In this document: one piece after another, positions 52,124-60,703 of the stretch
Layout: each line of letters begins with the position of its first letter
Numbering within the stretch: position 1 is the stretch's first letter
NCBI GenBank assembly: GCA_001871475.1
Contig: MNVE01000016.1
Location: forward strand, 197,343 to 261,342
Direction: 5' to 3'
DNA length: 64,000 nt
Origin: Candidatus Micrarchaeota archaeon CG1_02_47_40
GTDB lineage: Archaea > Micrarchaeota > Micrarchaeia > Anstonellales > CG1-02-47-40
Made by a program: the position numbers and the translations under genes
Notes under the pieces: generated by a model
What the model saw: only the letters and a program-made list of their open reading frames with translations
What the model was told of the DNA's origin: nothing
Database searches by the model: none

Positions 52124-52837
52124 TTGGAGCTAGGGAAACGCTAATAAATAACAACGGATTGATAGAATTATGAGATTAGAGCGCCGGGTAAGAGACCTCG
52201 TGAGTAAGCAGAAACGAAAGCCGCTTATGAAGGTTAAACTTCCAGTCGAAACAAGCCCAGAACTCTGTAGAGTGCTTGGCATTCTACATGGCGATGGGAA
52301 TATGTCTGGAAGACGAGTTTTGCTAACCGACGAAAACAGGGTGTTCCACAGAACGATACATAAACTGTTTAAAACGGTTTTTGGAATTAGGATGAATCTG
52401 TTTCACGACATAAGAAGAAATTCGTATTACAGTTATACGAAAAGTGTCTTGGTGTATCGTTTTTTGAACGAAATAATGGAAATGCCCTGCGGTCCAGTAA
52501 GACAAAATCTGAAGATTCCGTCTTATATGGAAAAGCTTGGTTTGAAACACCAAGCAGAGTATGTTGGCGGACTCTTTGACGCTGAAGGATGCGTCAAAAC
52601 AAGACAGGCCGAACTCAACCTCTCATCTACTTCAAAGAATATCTTCAAGTTTATTGGAGGGTTTTTGAAGAAGATTGGGGTGACGTACAGTACGTATGAG
52701 AGGAGAAGGCACAAAAATCCGGAATATGAGATATATGTTTATGGAAAAGACGACTTGAAAAAATTTTCAAGATATGTTTCTTTTTTGCATCCGTTGAAAA
52801 TGAAAAAGATGGCGAAATTTCTTTAGCTCCACTAAAA
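52124..52837 (+). mobile_element. 16S rRNA intron 1 (after GGATTAGAT, E. coli ~790 region) encoding a LAGLIDADG homing endonuclease
   Basis: The exon breaks after GGATTAGAT and resumes at ACCCGAGTAGCCC. The intron ends TGGAGCTA...TAGCTCCA are complementary (BHB-like stem). Confidence 0.7.
52170..52826 (+). CDS. LAGLIDADG homing endonuclease (double-motif) encoded in 16S intron 1
   Basis: Motifs LGILHGDGN and VGGLFDAEGCV. 218 aa. Confidence 0.75.
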   Translation: MRLERRVRDLVSKQKRKPLMKVKLPVETSPELCRVLGILHGDGNMSGRRVLLTDENRVFHRTIHKLFKTVFGIRMNLFHDIRRNSYYSYTKSVLVYRFLNEIMEMPCGPVRQNLKIPSYMEKLGLKHQAEYVGGLFDAEGCVKTRQAELNLSSTSKNIFKFIGGFLKKIGVTYSTYERRRHKNPEYEIYVYGKDDLKKFSRYVSFLHPLKMKKMAKFL

Positions 52838-53010
52838 ACCCGAGTAGCCCTAGCAGTAAATGATGCAGACTGTGGTGTTGCGTCAGCCTAGAGCTGGCGC
52901 AGTGCTGTAGCGTAGACGGTGCGAGTTTGGGTAGATGCGGATAAGATGCAGCAAACGCGCACCGGCGGAAGTCTTAAGTCTGCCACCTGGGGAGTACGAT
53001 CGCAAGATTT

Positions 53011-53052
<42 letters not shown>

Positions 53053-53461
53053 GCTGCGGTTCAATTGGATACAACGCCGGGAATATTACCAGAAGAGACG
53101 GCAGAATGATGGCCAGACTGAAGATCTTGCCTGACAAGCCGAGAGGTACTGCACGGCCATCGTCAGCTCGTGGTGTGAACTGTCCCGTTAAGTCGGGAAA
53201 CGAGCGAGACCCTTATGTACTGTTGCCAGCTTTCCTTTGCAGGAAGGCGCACTCTGTACAGACTGCCCGTGTTAAATGGGAGGAGGGAGAGGGCGACGAT
53301 AGGTCAGTATGGTCTGAATCTTCTTGGGCTACACGTGGCTTACAATGGCTGGGACAATGGGCAGCAACTCCGAAAGGAGAAGCGAATCTCACAAACCCAG
53401 CCCAAGTTCGGATTGAGGGCTGGAACTCGCCCTCATGAAGCTGGAATCCCTAGTAATCGCT

Positions 53462-54233
53462 TGTCAACAATCGAGGCAATCTAGCGAAATGTTTATATTG
53501 TTAGCCGCATTTATTCTTGCGGTTAACAGTATGGAAACTAACTGGAAGAAGAATCCCAAATTGCTACAGAAGATAAGGGCATCGTTAGGATTTTCTCAAA
53601 TAAAATTTGCGAGGTTTCTTGGAACGAAGCAAAGCACTTTAAGCGCTCTTGAGCGGGGCGCGATAAAGACGGTTTCTGAAGAAGCCGCCGAGTGCTTTGC
53701 CAAGAGGCTAAAAGGTGTGAAAATTGCATTTATGACTGAAAATGAAATGCAACGGAAACTTTTGCAAATATCGCAAAGAGGAAAGTTCAAGGGAGAATAT
53801 GCAAGAAGTATGGCCCTTAAAGTACATAGTAAAAATGCAGTTGAGAGTGCAAAATCCCAACCTCTTACAAAACAGGAGGAAAGGATAAATACACTTTTGA
53901 AGGAAAGCGGACTGCGCTATGAGGCTCATCCCGCAATTGACGCGGGGGGCATTTCTTTCGTGGCAGATTTTAAGGTAGAAAAAAATAGATGGATGATTCT
54001 TATTGAGGCTAAAGAATTTAGGACGAAATATAGATTGAAAGCGCCTATATGCGAACTTGCATACAAGGCTACGCGGATAAAACGCTTCAATAAGAATGTG
54101 ATGATGGTTGCAGTCGTAAGCGGAAGACTTATGCAATCTGAGAAAAAGATTCTTTCGGATGAGTTTGACGCTGTTTTTGAAGATGAAGGAAAAATATTAG
54201 AATTCGTAAATAGATTGCCTTGAGTGAACTCGA
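53462..54233 (+). mobile_element. 16S rRNA intron 2 (after CCTAGTAATCGC, E. coli ~1350-1360 region); boundaries +/-15 nt
   Basis: The exon sequence ...GAATCCCTAGTAATCGC is interrupted and resumes at ...GCGGTGAATACGTCCC. It encodes a non-LAGLIDADG ORF. Confidence 0.65.
53489..54223 (+). CDS. intron-encoded HTH (XRE-type) plus PD-(D/E)xK-like nuclease-fold protein (putative novel homing endonuclease)
   Basis: HTH_3-like LQKIRASLGFSQIKFARFLGTKQSTLSALERG. The C-terminal AIDAGGISFVADF...WMILIEAKEF gives a D...ExK arrangement. The ORF-track start at 53435 lies in the rRNA exon, so the start was moved to an internal Met. Confidence 0.5.
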   Translation: MFILLAAFILAVNSMETNWKKNPKLLQKIRASLGFSQIKFARFLGTKQSTLSALERGAIKTVSEEAAECFAKRLKGVKIAFMTENEMQRKLLQISQRGKFKGEYARSMALKVHSKNAVESAKSQPLTKQEERINTLLKESGLRYEAHPAIDAGGISFVADFKVEKNRWMILIEAKEFRTKYRLKAPICELAYKATRIKRFNKNVMMVAVVSGRLMQSEKKILSDEFDAVFEDEGKILEFVNRLP

Positions 54234-54400
54234 GCGGTGAATACGTCCCCGCTCCTTGCACACACCGCCCGTCAAATCACCCAAACGAAGTTTTGGTGAG
54301 GCTTTGCTTCTTGGCAGACCCGAACCAATTCGTCGCGAGGGGGGTTAAGTCGTAACAAGGTATCCGTAGGGGAACCTGCGGATAGATCACCTCCAATATA

Positions 54401-54466
54401 TTTTATCTTCGGATAAAATTGAGGAATAACAGCATGCGAAGTGCGCAAAGGAAGCCGATGTTTTTT
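54401..54466 (+). terminator. hairpin (TTTTATC-TTCG-GATAAAA) and oligo-T tract immediately after the 16S 3' end
   Basis: A TTCG tetraloop hairpin at 54401-54418 is followed by TTTTTT at 54461-54466. Confidence 0.4.
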
Positions 54467-54571
54467 ACTGTTCTGTCTATTCCATTACTTGAAGCGCAAA
54501 TTTTGTATTTTTTTATTTTGATTAGCGCAAGCCTTACGTGTTTAAATTAACCTTTACTGCAAAATCCCTTC

Positions 54572-55045
54572 ATGAAAATCAGCTTAACTCCGGAACTCTC
54601 TTACCTGATAGGGTTATGGCAGGCAAGGGGAAGCCAGGAGGGAGTAGGAATTTGCGGAAACAGGAGAGTGTGCGAAATCTTCCTTGAGGAAGCGCTGAAA
54701 ATCGGGATTGCAAAACCGGATAAAATACAGCTTAAGGAGGATAAGATATATTTTTACCATTCGGCTTACCGCGCGTTTTTTGAGGAAGTGCTGAAGGAGA
54801 GGCTTGAGAGGTTTAAGTACAAAAATGAGTTTGCCGCGCAATATTTGGCAGGTGTTTTTGACGGGTGCGGGGGGATTTTGGAGGATGGGAAGGGTGTGTT
54901 TTTTGCTTGCGGAAATAGGGAGGATGAAATGCTTTTGCTTCGCCTTGGGTTTAAGGCAAAAAAAGTCGGGAAGAGGATTATTGTGATTGGAAAGGAGGAG
55001 TTTTTGGGTTTTGTGAGCAAGTATTTGAAATATTTTGAATGGTGA
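54572..55045 (+). CDS. free-standing LAGLIDADG-like protein in the 16S-tRNA spacer (first motif degenerate)
   Basis: The second motif is YLAGVFDGCGGI. The first motif, YLIGLWQARGS, has lost the acidic residue. 157 aa. Confidence 0.5.
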   Translation: MKISLTPELSYLIGLWQARGSQEGVGICGNRRVCEIFLEEALKIGIAKPDKIQLKEDKIYFYHSAYRAFFEEVLKERLERFKYKNEFAAQYLAGVFDGCGGILEDGKGVFFACGNREDEMLLLRLGFKAKKVGKRIIVIGKEEFLGFVSKYLKYFEW

Positions 55046-55326
55046 GAAAATGCAACACCTGATGCGTTTTGATGCTGGTGCGTTCGCAAGGAGAATTGAA
55101 AAGATAGATATTGAAAAGTTGATGTCTTACGAAAATGCGCTTAGGGTGCGGATGAGATTCAGTCTTTCCAAGCCGCTGTCAGCACAGGAGGGAGAGAATG
55201 GGCGGGTAATCGCACGCTGGCGGCTGGTAGAGGAAGAGATTGGAAAAAGAAACGGAAAATGAGCAATTCGTGACAAACTTTTATAAATAAAAAGAAAGAA
55301 AATGTCTTTACAAACAATAGCGATTT

Positions 55327-55389
55327 GCAATGAGGGCTTTGTAGCCAGCTCATTGCAAAAATTTGAAAATCGCTCTGCGCGATTTTCAA
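55327..55389 (+). other. two adjacent perfect hairpins in the rRNA spacer
   Basis: GCAATGAG-(15 nt)-CTCATTGC spans 55327-55356. TTGAAAATCGC-TCTGC-GCGATTTTCAA spans 55363-55389. They are preceded by TTTTATAAATAA at 55280. Confidence 0.5.
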
Positions 55390-55531
55390 ATGAGGTGTAG
55401 AATTATGAACGGCGGGTGTTTTAGCATTAAGCAGAAAGGGTGGTGCGTTTTCTGAAGCGAAAGTAAGGAAGGAAAGCTCTAATTCTGAAAAGTCTTTAAG
55501 GGGAAGGAAGTGTTCTTTGAATGTTGAAGAA

Positions 55532-55672
55532 ATGCAGCAGTTAGTGAATACTGCATGCTCCAAATATTACTCCCTGCGGGAGCTTGGGGAAATGTTCGGG
55601 GTTTCGCGTTCTTCTGTGTGCAGGGCGCTGGAAAGGGCGGAAAGCCTGGGAATTGCCCCGCTTATTCTCTGA
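55532..55672 (+). CDS. 46-aa HTH peptide resembling a resolvase/sigma-r4 C-terminal HTH (possible gene remnant)
   Basis: MQQLVNTACSKYYSLRELGEMFGVSRSSVCRALERAESLGIAPLIL. In-frame stop 12 codons upstream, so this is not part of a longer ORF. Confidence 0.25.
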   Translation: MQQLVNTACSKYYSLRELGEMFGVSRSSVCRALERAESLGIAPLIL

Positions 55673-55958
55673 AATAAAAAAAATGATGTGATGAAGAATG
55701 GCTGAAATGAAGCCAGTAATACGGAAAAACGATTCAGGAATAAATTTCTTCGGCGCGGGACCCGGGGCGAATAGGTTTAGGAGAATCCGGCTGCCCCCGC
55801 CAGATGGGATAATGAAGCTGCCGCAAACCGCGAGTATTGCCAACGCAAAGGCAAATGAAGTGAAAGGAGCGCCATCTGAATGTTTTTACTTCGCGCCCTT
55901 TTGAGGGCGCGGGCAAAACCCTCCCCCTTTATTAACCTGTTTTGACAAAGAATACCAT

Positions 55959-57047
55959 ATGAATAGATTGCATAGATGTGTTGTTTCCATAGGGGGGGCG
56001 GGAAGGGACGGGATTGCCTGGATAAAGAAAATGCCAGCCGTGATTTTTCCTCCATTTCATCCGGCAAACTGGAAAAAACCAAGAAAGGGACGCTTGCCAG
56101 TTATTTCTGCGCCTCTTGCAGAAGATCTCTCTCGCCAAAAACCTGCGCATGTTCCTTTTTTCAGGCATGGCGGCGCCCCTAGAATACTGTCTGAACAGCA
56201 GTTCCTGAAGAACGAACCTTCTCCTTTTGCGGAAGGGCTGGAAAAGCAGGCGGAAGCGTATAATGGACTGGTCTTTGGCATTGCAAGCAGGCTTTGCGAA
56301 GAAAGGGCGGATGAAAAAAAGGAAATTGACGCTCTCCGCATGATTGTAAAGAAGATACGGAGAACCGTCAAGGTTGCGCATGACGCCGGGGAGCCTTTCC
56401 TCTCGGAATCGCTTGAAAGGGGAAATTGGAGCGCGGATTCGCTTGCGTTTCTTCTTTTTGACGTCTGCAGGAGCCTTAGGCTGGAGCCTAGAATGATTGA
56501 CACCCCGAACGGGCTGTTTGTGGCAAACGGAAAATTCGTGATTGACTCGGTTATGCTGCAGGTTATTTCGCGCAAAAATTTTGATGCGGAAAAACGACAC
56601 GTCTGCCGTGAGACTTCGGATGCGGTTGAAATGCAGTATCTTCATCATATGCACATTGCCTACGCAGGGGTTAAGGGCGATTTCTGGGGGGCGGTCAGGG
56701 AAGCCGATAGGGCGGCGAAGCTGAACCCGAACTGCGCCTGCGCGCAACTTGCGAAAGCCATGTTTTACGGGGAGGCGGGGGATTTTCGGAATGCCCTTGC
56801 ATGCTACAACAAGGCGCTGGAAATTGCGCCAGAAGAGGAAACCCTTATTCACGCGCGGGCTGTTTTTTTTGAGAAATTCGGCTGTTTTGAGGATGCGGCA
56901 GGCGGATATATGCGGCTGGCGCGGGCGCATCCGGAAAACTTTTCGTATAAGTTTATGCTTTATTATGCGCTGAAGCAGCTTGAACGCCTGCGCCGGGGGA
57001 GCTCGGATGCGGGCGGGCAAGAGGGGCGGAAGGCGCAGACCGCTTAG
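55959..57047 (+). CDS. hypothetical protein with C-terminal TPR-like repeats in a compositionally atypical (G+C-richer) segment
   Basis: Sequences AKLNPNCACAQLAKAMFYGEAGDFRNALACYNKALEIAPEE and FEKFGCFEDAAGGYMRLARAHPEN are TPR-like. Both strands carry a 362-aa ORF here; the plus strand is the protein-like one. Confidence 0.35.
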   Translation: MNRLHRCVVSIGGAGRDGIAWIKKMPAVIFPPFHPANWKKPRKGRLPVISAPLAEDLSRQKPAHVPFFRHGGAPRILSEQQFLKNEPSPFAEGLEKQAEAYNGLVFGIASRLCEERADEKKEIDALRMIVKKIRRTVKVAHDAGEPFLSESLERGNWSADSLAFLLFDVCRSLRLEPRMIDTPNGLFVANGKFVIDSVMLQVISRKNFDAEKRHVCRETSDAVEMQYLHHMHIAYAGVKGDFWGAVREADRAAKLNPNCACAQLAKAMFYGEAGDFRNALACYNKALEIAPEEETLIHARAVFFEKFGCFEDAAGGYMRLARAHPENFSYKFMLYYALKQLERLRRGSSDAGGQEGRKAQTA

Positions 57048-57086
57048 CTTTCTTTTTTAAACTCTTTTCAACAAAATATAATTAGT

Positions 57087-57223
57087 GGGCTCGTGGCGCA
57101 GCGGTAGCGCGCGTGCTTTGCAGTTGAGCAAGAGACGTCTTCTCAAACAAAAAAGCACGAGGCCGTGGGTTCGCGCCCCTAAAATTTTATTTTGGAGGCG
57201 GCTCAAAAATCCCACCGAGTCCA
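57087..57223 (+). tRNA. tRNA-Ala(UGC) with a canonical 37/38 intron (~30 nt) and a probable second intron in the T-loop (~34 nt)
   Basis: Acceptor GGGCTCG/CGAGTCC (G3:U70 Ala identity pair). D arm GCGC-AGCGGTA-GCGC. Anticodon stem CGTGC/GCACG with loop TTTGCA-[intron]-A. T stem GTGGG/CCCAC with loop TTC-[insert]-AAAT. Discriminator A. No encoded CCA. Confidence 0.55.
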
Positions 57224-57227
57224 CTTT

Positions 57228-57698
57228 TCATATCTTTATCTGATTTCCGCCATTGTCTATCGTGTAGTCTGAGTCGAACTTCTCAATCGCAAAGAGGATT
57301 TTTGCAAGCGTTTCCTTCCTGTTTCCGAATTTTGCCTCCGCGAGCGCATTCCTTATTGCTTCGCACAGCTTGACTATTCTGCCGGCTTCGTTCGCAAAAG
57401 ACGTGTCGGTTTGTGCCAGCTCTTTTTTCAGATTTTCAATTTTCGCCCGCAGTTTTCTTGTTTCTGCAGTTTCTCCGCTTTTTTGAGTGAGTTGCCGTAT
57501 GCGCCCCGGCACGCGGCATTTTCCCCCAACGCCCGTTTGGTGCGGCTCCGGTGCGGGCTTTATGCCGAAACGAATTCTTCTGCTTGTGGTTTCCCCGCCA
57601 GCTGTTTTTTGCGTGGAATGGCTCCATTTGTTATGCGCAGTTAATTTAGTCATGAATATCACCTGTGTTAGATTATGCACAAGCGTATTTATAAGCAT
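57228..57698 (-). CDS. hypothetical coiled-coil protein encoded antisense in the tRNA-23S spacer
   Basis: The C-terminal half (RKLRAKIENLKKELAQTDTSFANEAGRIVKLCEAIRNALAEAKFGN) is protein-like. A TATA-like TTTATAAAC lies ~38 nt upstream of the internal Met at 57698. Confidence 0.25.
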   Translation of the reverse strand: MLINTLVHNLTQVIFMTKLTAHNKWSHSTQKTAGGETTSRRIRFGIKPAPEPHQTGVGGKCRVPGRIRQLTQKSGETAETRKLRAKIENLKKELAQTDTSFANEAGRIVKLCEAIRNALAEAKFGNRKETLAKILFAIEKFDSDYTIDNGGNQIKI

Positions 57699-59912
57699 TG
57701 TCTTTTTGCGGGAAATTGGAGAAACCCCCAAGAAAGGTTTATAAACAAATCTCTGCTTAACATATGCCACCCTTTTGAGCCGGAAAGTTAAAGGAGAGGC
57801 TTAAACATCAGCGTCCCTCGTGAAGGGGTTGCGATGCATGAATTATCACCCCTTAGGGTAGGTAATCTCAAACGGGTTGACGCATCCTGATGTTTTTGGG
57901 AGCGGATTCCAAGAGTATGAAGAAAAGTCGCATTTACAAAGTAGTAGAAGAAAGGATATGATATGTTTGTTACTGCCGGGCAGTGGATAGCTTGGCTTGG
58001 GCAAAATGCGGATCGTGGCAAGCTGCGAAATGCTCGGGGTAGGCGCAGGCAGCCTGTAATCCCGAGGTAATCCGTTTAATACGCGGGGAATCGAAACATC
58101 CTATTACCCGCAGGAAGAGAGAACAATTGTGATTTGGTAAGTAAGGGCGACTGAAAGCCAAAAAGGGCAACCTGAATACCCAACTGTAAGGTTGGGAAGA
58201 TGTGGGGCCGCCAACAACGCAAGTTGTTGGGCTGTGCTCGCAAGAGCACTTAAGTAACATCCGCCGCACTAGGGGAAGCTCCTGAAAAGGGGCGCCAAAG
58301 AGGGTGAAAGCCCCGTACCCGAAAAGCAGGCGGAGAAAGGCACAAAGAGTAGCGTCCATTGAGTATTGGACGCAAATATGGCGGTATCGATCGCCAACCC
58401 TAAACATACCCCAAGACCGATAGCGAAGAAGTAGCGCGAGCGAAAGCTGAAAAGGACCCCGAAAGGGGTGTTAAAAGAACTTGAAACTGTCCGGCTACAG
58501 TTTGATGCGGCATGAAAGCGTTAATATCTCCCGAAGCTACCGACCGAAAGGAAGGGTGCGAGGGGGATTCAGCGGTGTCGCATCCTCCTTCTATAAGCAA
58601 GGGCCAGGGAGTTTCTACCTGCGGCAAGGCGAGAGCCGGAGCGAAAGCGAGTGCGAAAGCGCGAAACAGTCGTTGGTAGCAGACCCGAAGCTGATGTGAG
58701 CTATACGTGGATAGGGCGAAGCCGGCCTGACGGCCGGTGGAGGCCCGCAACCAGTGCTAGTATATTCTGCTTGGGTGATCTACGTATAGGGGTGATAGTC
58801 CAGTCGAACTCAGCAATAGCGGGCTCCCCCCGAAGTATATCTCAGTATAGCGCCGCGGGAGTTGTTGCGCAAGGTAGAGCACTGATCGGAGAGTACGGGC
58901 CCGAGAGGGCTCACTTTCTTGTCAAACTCCGAATTTGCGCAAAACGAAGAACGCGGCAGTAGGCTTCTCTCGGGTAAGCCGAGAGGACTTTACGGGAACA
59001 ACCGGTACCGCGGTTAAGGTCCCAAAATTCTGGTTAAGTGTGACTCTCAAGGGGTCTCCAGTCTAAGACAGCTGGAAGGTAGGCTTAGAAGCAGCCATCC
59101 TTCAAACAACGCGTAATAGCGGACCAGCCGAGATTGCGGACCCCGAAGATGCTCGGGGCTAAATCAGATACCGATACCGCGGAATGGCGCACTGTTAGGT
59201 GCGCGCAATTTGGTAGGGGGGCGAACCGGTCGGGCAGAAGCGCGGGTGTGAACTCGCGTGGACCGGCCGGCTATGAAAATCCTGGTATTAGTAGCAGCAT
59301 ATCCAGGCGAGAATCCTGGACGCCGAAAGTACACGGTTTCCTTGGCCATGTTCTTCAGCCAAGGGTAAGGCGATCCTAAGCACGAGGCTAATTGCCAACT
59401 GTGCAAAAGGGAAACCGGTTAAAATTCCGGTCCCGGATAGATAGGCGCGGCAACGCATGATGCGTTCCTGACGTTTTGGGGTAGGTGCAGTGGAGGAGAC
59501 TCCATTTAAGCAAGATAAGCCTTCGGAGACTCATTGTGAGGAGAAGAAGGCTAAATTTGCGAGCGGCCGCACGGTTGCGCCAAGCCCCGGAGCCCTTGAA
59601 AAGGGAACGCGTAACGATTCTATCCGACCGTACCTAGAACCAGTACAGGTGATACTGGCAGAAAAAGCCAAGGCGTGGCAGGACAACTCTCGTAAGGGAA
59701 CTTGGCAAGTTAGTGGCGTAACTTCGGGATAAGCCATGCCTGCGGGCCTTTGCGGGCCTGCAGGTCTCAGTAACAAGGGGAGACCGACTGTTTACCAAAA
59801 ACACAGGTCATCGCAGAGCCGAAAGGCTAAGTACGATGGCCGATGCCTGCTCACTACTGGTACGTTAAACTCCGGTTCAACGGAGCAAAGCGCCAGCAAA
59901 GAGCGGGGGTAA

Positions 59913-60504
59913 TCGTCAGTTCCAATTTTAAACATCAAATGAGCTTGGTTCCATATGCAGAAGTTTGAGGAGTATTTTATAGGCGCACTTCAAGATGCGT
60001 ACGTCGATGAAAAGCGCAATGAGATTCAGCTGTACCAAAAGAATAAGGAATGGCTCGATTTTATTAATGCCAATCTTAAGAAAGATTACGGCATTACTGG
60101 AAAGATTTTCAAAAGAGACGTTTACTTGCTTAGAAAAAGAAGCAAAGCGTTTGTTTTGAAAATTAAAGAGGCAAAAACTAGAATGAATTCTTTTGGCGCG
60201 GATTTCGTCGCAGGGCTTTTTGATTCGGAAGGTTCTGTTTACCTTTCAACAAAATCAAAAATACCCATCATTGATGTAACGCAATCCGAAAAAGGATTGG
60301 AATATCTTAAGTGTGCGCAAAAAATTCTTATGGAGAATGGGATTGATTCGAAACTGAATGGCCCATATAAACATAAGCATGGAAAACTCCTGCAATATCA
60401 TCTGCGCATATATGGAAATAAAAAATGTGGGATATTTTTTAGGTTAATTCCCATTTATTATAAGAATAAGTTTGAGAAATGCTCATTTTGAACTGACGAC
60501 CCCA
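59913..60504 (+). mobile_element. 23S intron 1 (between GGGGGTAA and ACTCTGACCCTCTTA; E. coli ~1915-1925 region)
   Basis: Flanked by complementary TCGTCAGTT...AACTGACGA. Contains a single-motif LAGLIDADG ORF. Confidence 0.7.
59955..60491 (+). CDS. LAGLIDADG homing endonuclease (single-motif, homodimer type)
   Basis: Motif FVAGLFDSEGSV. 178 aa. Confidence 0.7.
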   Translation: MQKFEEYFIGALQDAYVDEKRNEIQLYQKNKEWLDFINANLKKDYGITGKIFKRDVYLLRKRSKAFVLKIKEAKTRMNSFGADFVAGLFDSEGSVYLSTKSKIPIIDVTQSEKGLEYLKCAQKILMENGIDSKLNGPYKHKHGKLLQYHLRIYGNKKCGIFFRLIPIYYKNKFEKCSF

Positions 60505-60703
60505 CACTCTGACCCTCTTATTTGGCTCTTGCAAGAAATTGCCGGAGCTGATGTGAGATAGGTAGCGTAATACCTCGCCGCTTAATTGGTGGCTTGCATG
60601 AATGGCATAACGCGTCTCCCACTGTCCCTACGAGGGACCTGGTGAACCTACTACTCTGTGAGTATGCAGAGGACTTCTAGGGGGAAACGAAGACCCCGTG
60701 GAG

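Noticed and set aside
53435-53488. Annotated start codon of the intron-2 ORF
   Set aside because: ATGAAGCTGGAATCCCTAGTAATCGC is 16S exon sequence, so the start was moved to an internal Met inside the intron.
55932-57020. 362-aa minus-strand ORF mirroring the plus-strand TPR-like ORF
   Set aside because: Arg/Lys-rich low-complexity translation with no motifs. A typical shadow ORF in G+C-rich DNA; the plus-strand frame looks protein-like.
57970-59732. Several 70-145-aa ORFs on both strands inside the 23S rRNA 5' half (e.g. 57970-58407, 58400-58750, 58651-58962, 59164-59406, 59490-59732)
   Set aside because: They lie in conserved 23S exon sequence with recognisable rRNA signature strings, so they are non-coding.
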